From a virus: a DNA stretch of 60,498 bases. The notes below the pieces were generated by a model. The model was not told where the DNA came from and did no database searches. It was given only the letters and a program-made list of their open reading frames with translations. Within the stretch, counting starts at the first letter, position 1, and the number at the start of each line of letters is the position of its first letter. Made by a program: the position numbers and the translations under genes. The stretch lies in the UHGV virus genome UHGV-1361614; one strand, written 5' to 3'. This document shows positions 56,772 to 60,498 of the stretch, in pieces.

Positions 56772-56945
56772 TTGTTTTTGCGCCGTTCTTCATGGCGCAT
56801 CTGACATCGGAACATCTGAGAAACATTTTCTCTTTCCCGACCTATTCCGTGCCCTTGCCTACATAATTCGCAAGTAAGAATTTGACCACAATATTGACAC
56901 TCATCTTTGATTTCTTTGTTTGCGATTTTAATCATTGCTTTTACC

Positions 56946-57179
56946 TTACTGTTCAAGCTCACTTTGAAGAGAAATCATTTTATCCATATACCGATCAGCC
57001 TTTGCCAGATCCTCTTCTCTGGATCCTTTTGATCCAGCTCTGTATCTATATTTCCAAACATTAAGTTTGCAAAATGTAATGACTGCTTCCTTACCAAAAA
57101 CAGCCGCCATTTCATCCCAACACTCATGTTTTCTGTTTGTATAATGTTCCGGGTGTTTGATTACATCATTTTCCATCAA
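56946..57179 (-). CDS. DUF3310-like phage protein
   Basis: HPEHY...ECWD...F...NVWKYRYRAGSK...EDLAKADRY pattern. Confidence 0.5.
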   Translation of the reverse strand: MMENDVIKHPEHYTNRKHECWDEMAAVFGKEAVITFCKLNVWKYRYRAGSKGSREEDLAKADRYMDKMISLQSELEQ

Positions 57180-57517
57180 ATATCACCCTCTTTTCTATGC
57201 AAAGATCTGTCCGCCTCAAAACCATTCGGGTATCGTTCCCAGAGCTTGCGGTTATTTGTAATGGCAACGTTTTCTAATGTTGTCCCCAGAGCTTCAGCAA
57301 TCAGGGCTAAATAATATAGCACGTCACCACACTCTTCGATGTAGTGATCCCTGTCATGCGGATGACCTTGGAATAATTCCTTTTTTATCAGATCTGCAAG
57401 TTCACCTGATTCACCGGCCGCCCCTAAAATACCATTTAGGAGCATATTTTCCTTTGTGGCCGCTGTCACCCCGCTTGCAGTGCGCAGGCAACCTTTCTGA
57501 AATTCATCAAATGTCAT
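57176..57517 (-). CDS. MazG-like nucleotide pyrophosphohydrolase
   Basis: GESGELADLIKKELFQG ... EECGDVLYYLALIAEALG are the EExxE/D-type MazG helices. Confidence 0.7.
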   Translation of the reverse strand: MTFDEFQKGCLRTASGVTAATKENMLLNGILGAAGESGELADLIKKELFQGHPHDRDHYIEECGDVLYYLALIAEALGTTLENVAITNNRKLWERYPNGFEADRSLHRKEGDI

Positions 57518-57849
57518 TTTGTGTTCTCCTTTTCCGTTTCAAACCGAACGCCACCATATTCCCATAAATCCTCTACCATGGACTCCATTGATACTTTTCC
57601 CGCCTCATACTGTTCATACAGATCTAAAACCTTTTGAACGAATCCGGGACATCTTTTCTCTGCTGATCTGGGCCAATAATCTTTTGCCAGAACTTCCAGA
57701 GGAATTGTCAGCATCAATTTCATTGCCTCCGCTACCGCTTCTTCATAAGCTACTTGCTTTAGCTGTTCTATCTGTGATTGCGTCAGCGTATATGTATTTT
57801 GCTTTCTTTGCGCAGCCTTTTGCATTCTACGCATTTCAGCTCTTCCCAT
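57514..57849 (-). CDS. hypothetical phage protein
   Basis: 111-aa helical protein. Confidence 0.4.
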   Translation of the reverse strand: MGRAEMRRMQKAAQRKQNTYTLTQSQIEQLKQVAYEEAVAEAMKLMLTIPLEVLAKDYWPRSAEKRCPGFVQKVLDLYEQYEAGKVSMESMVEDLWEYGGVRFETEKENTK

Positions 57850-57872
57850 CCAACTATCTCCCGTATATTTTG

Positions 57873-58034
57873 CTATTTCTGCTTTAGTCTGAAATACTCA
57901 CTTACCGCCTGTCTAACTATCTGTGATACACTCTTATCTGTTCGATTCTTTTCCTCAAACAGCTTATTTGCTATATCATCATCAAGTCTAATTCTTAATG
58001 TCCGGCCTTTTAAAACCACTCTACGATTACCCAT
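57873..58034 (-). CDS. ribbon-helix-helix DNA-binding protein (53 aa)
   Basis: Own translation: MGNRRVVLKGRTLRIRLDDDIANKLFEEKNRTDKSVSQIVRQAVSEYFRLKQK; beta-strand then two helices, the CopG/Arc pattern. Confidence 0.4.
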   Translation of the reverse strand: MGNRRVVLKGRTLRIRLDDDIANKLFEEKNRTDKSVSQIVRQAVSEYFRLKQK

Positions 58035-58318
58035 TTGGTATCATTCCTTTGTGTTTTATATTGTTTTATCGGCATAGAAGCTGTATCTATACAGTTTATC
58101 GGGTTATCCTATCTATGCCAGGAGAGCGCCTTTTTGTTTTTGGCGGTTATTTGGGGGACTTAGTAGGCCCATCTTCGGATATCTCCAAGACCCCTACCCC
58201 GGTGCCTGCATCAACACTCTACGGTATCATCTGGCAGCTGATCCAGGGATGTTTTTCTAACTATTCGTTAAAGAAATGTTTCACGAATAGTTAAACACTA
58301 TATCTTGTGGTTTTATTG

Positions 58319-58941
58319 CTAATCATCACTAGATATGGTTTTTGTTGTCTCCGTGTCCGTATCCGGGAGACTTTCAGCATCTGGCGGGAACAACCTGGGC
58401 AGCTGTTCGGCTGTAAGTTTTGGCTTTGGCTGCTCAATATGCACCGGTGCAGTCTCTACTAGACCATCAACAGCTTTGCAGAGAAAGATATAACCAACAT
58501 TGCCAGCTGCGGCCCCTTTGTATCGTCCCAACCTACATTCATTCTGCCATTTTCGGACGGTGTCGGCCCTCGAACAACTAAGTTTAGAACACCAATCACT
58601 ACTCCTATACTCCCCAGAAGCCCATGAATATAATATATCTCTTGAGCATCCAATCAATAACGCAAACTCTTCTAATACAGGCTTTTGATCATATTTATAA
58701 ACGATATCAATATACATATCCCATATATCATCTAAAAGATTAATATCGTCATATATAGCCCTAGTAAATCCCATTTTTTTATTAATATATCTTATAAGAC
58801 CTGTAAACGTACTGGAGGATAGTTTATATAAATTTTCTGGGTGTGGTAAACTGTCCTCATACTCCTGAGCATATATATGCATATCATCTGGGTATATCTC
58901 AATACCTGCATCTGTGCTGACTGCATTAGTTTTTTTTGTAG
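58319..58941 (-). CDS. hypothetical protein at the head of the late operon (possible small terminase-like DNA-binding protein)
   Basis: GTG start with a GGAGGTG RBS; preceded by a consensus promoter and a long leader. Confidence 0.4.
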
Positions 58942-59127
58942 ATCTGCTCACTGTATCACCTCCAGAAAAGAATATAAAAAACGCCCACAGACAGAACCGA
59001 TATAGATCCCATCTGTGAGCGTGTAGCCTCGAATTTTGCCGTCCTTGCTCCTGCTGCCTATCCTGATCCGAGTTGTGCGCCCTTCTCACGGCTCCAGGGC
59101 AACCCTACAAGACTCAGCTATATTGTA

Positions 59128-59165
59128 CATAAAGCATACACCAGATTTTTTTATCTGTCAAGCAT
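59128..59165 (-). promoter_or_regulatory. near-consensus sigma-A promoter facing the late genes
   Basis: Minus strand reads TTGACA, 17-bp spacer, then TATGCT. Confidence 0.45.
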
Positions 59166-59529
59166 ATACACTATGTCATTTTTACAGATACCCTAGGCCC
59201 TTATATATAATATATATATTAATAATAATTATCGTTGATTATATTAAAAATAAATATATAAAAGCCCTATAGTGTATAAATATATCAGAATAGGGATTAA
59301 AAGAGATATAAAGGAATATAGGTTAATAGGGGGTATGGGGGAAAGAAGGAAAAAGGGAAGAAAAGAGACATTAAGGGAAAGGAGGTAAATTTATACGCAT
59401 TGTCTACCTGCTAATCTGCTCATCTTGCCCGGCTGCCTGGATCCGGTCCAGTTGTGATCTTCGTTGCCTGAAAAAACTAGATTTTATGCCAGTTTCCGGG
59501 ATTTATGGAAGTTGCCCGGGCACAGTTCT

Positions 59530-59722
59530 GGAAGTGTCCGTAAAATGCCAAAATGAGCACCGTTAACACTAGATGAACCAGAAAGTGAACCAATACATGA
59601 ACCACCAGACGAACCAGTAAAAACTCAGTAAATACAAGGCTTTGCGGACATATGCGAACAGCAGGCGAACCAGCCAACGGACTAGCAAACGGACACCCAG
59701 ACGAACCAATAGAGCACAAAAA
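59530..59722 (+). repeat. 12-bp tandem repeat element, locus 2 (inverted homologue of locus 1)
   Basis: atGAACCAgaaa gtGAACCAatac atGAACCAccag acGAACCAgtaa, then core AGTAAATACAAGGCTTTGCGGAC, then gcGAACAgcagg cGAACCAgccaa cGGACTAgcaaa cGGACACccaga cGAACCAatag. Confidence 0.65.
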
Positions 59723-59744
59723 AGCGGTCGAATATGACCACTTT

Positions 59745-60449
59745 TTAGCTATCCAGCTTCGCTTTTACATCTTCATCATGGACACAAACAGAAAATCCAT
59801 TATCTAACAATATTTTACCTACTCCAACTGCTTCGTCTCCAAAACTAGACTCTACAGTTTTCGGTAATGCTTTGCACCAACCACCTACGTGTTGACTCCA
59901 TTCATATCCTCTACTTTTAACAAGACTTATGAAATCGCTATTTTTCATGTAACAAAGTTTTATATATCTATCAACACCACCTAAATCTACATACTCTGTA
60001 ATCTCTACTGTATCAGAGTATTTCTGACTTGTGGGTATGATCGTATCTTCCGGCAGAAACCTTGATGCTTGTAGCTTTCTTTCCAAAATATCCTCATAAC
60101 ACAGCACAAACTCTTTATCACAGATATGATCCCGATTATCAATCCAGAACTTAGCTCCTGTTTCTGTATTAATCAGAGGCTCTGCTACTAATTCGTGTTT
60201 TTCGCAGTAGTCCAGGAAGTCTGCTCTAATCGCATTCGCCCAGGCTATTTGCTTATCCGTTCCACTTAAACCGGGCATATCATATTGTTCTGCAACCTCT
60301 TTAGCTCTTTTTTTCTGTTCTTTTTGCTTGCAGTCTGGGCACACATCAGAAAAATACTGTTTCGCTCTCCAGTCCTTATATGACTTCGTGCCTACAAGCT
60401 CTATACCACCCTCATGCCCGCATGAGTGCTTTCCTTCATACCAAGACAT
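59745..60449 (-). CDS. hypothetical Cys/His-containing protein
   Basis: 234 aa; N-terminal CGHEGG...CPDCKQKE. Confidence 0.45.
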   Translation of the reverse strand: MSWYEGKHSCGHEGGIELVGTKSYKDWRAKQYFSDVCPDCKQKEQKKRAKEVAEQYDMPGLSGTDKQIAWANAIRADFLDYCEKHELVAEPLINTETGAKFWIDNRDHICDKEFVLCYEDILERKLQASRFLPEDTIIPTSQKYSDTVEITEYVDLGGVDRYIKLCYMKNSDFISLVKSRGYEWSQHVGGWCKALPKTVESSFGDEAVGVGKILLDNGFSVCVHDEDVKAKLDS

Positions 60450-60498
60450 ATATTTTACCTCTTTCTTTTTTCTTAAAACATGTTATAATATATCCAGA

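Noticed and set aside
56659-56877. 72-aa plus-strand ORF with a strong GGGAGG RBS
   Set aside because: It runs antisense across the tRNA-Gln gene and has no protein-like features; the RBS-like motif is probably coincidental.
59477-59719. 80-aa minus-strand ORF over the locus-2 repeat element
   Set aside because: It is the repeat array read out of frame (VH/LV repeats), with no RBS.

Overview
This window is almost entirely a temperate siphovirus-like prophage from a low-GC Gram-positive host. The codon usage, RBS style and SPP1/HK97-like structural genes suggest Firmicutes/Clostridia, but no similarity search could be run. Nearly all genes are on the minus strand. A large serine recombinase (5662..7011) sits at the low-coordinate end, followed by an intrinsic terminator. 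Below it, 72..5490 holds a minus-strand operon of odd low-complexity Q/N/Y/G-rich proteins plus an XRE/ImmA-like/DUF4417 module; this may be prophage cargo or flanking host DNA. The early region spans 7.0-22.8 kb: replication organiser/loader, SSB, RecT, an MBL-fold hydrolase, an AAA ATPase, a Rad50/SbcC-like ATPase, homing-endonuclease-like genes and an antirepressor. A divergent Cro-like/CI-like switch lies at 22.8-24.0 kb. The late region spans 24-60 kb: tail fibres, tail-collar protein, tape measure, major tail, connector, capsid, scaffold, portal, large terminase, a MazG/DUF3310/RHH cluster and three tRNAs. Two complete, non-homologous diversity-generating retroelements are present, each supported by a TR/VR pair differing only at TR adenines. 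DGR-1 (15.6-18.4 kb) lies in the early/recombination module and has an RT, an Avd, a TR and two tandem target genes with a C-terminal VR. DGR-2 (49.4-53.0 kb) lies between the large terminase and portal and has an RT, a TR, a 612-aa tail-fibre-like target with a C-terminal VR and a GC-rich hairpin. Other notable items: inverted 26-bp repeats bracketing the integrase gene; two homologous inverted intergenic elements built from 12-bp tandem repeats; an antirepressor/RHH island inside the tail module; a holin embedded among head-tail joining genes; and a CHAP lysin upstream of the tape measure. All functional calls rest on motif recognition by eye and carry that uncertainty.
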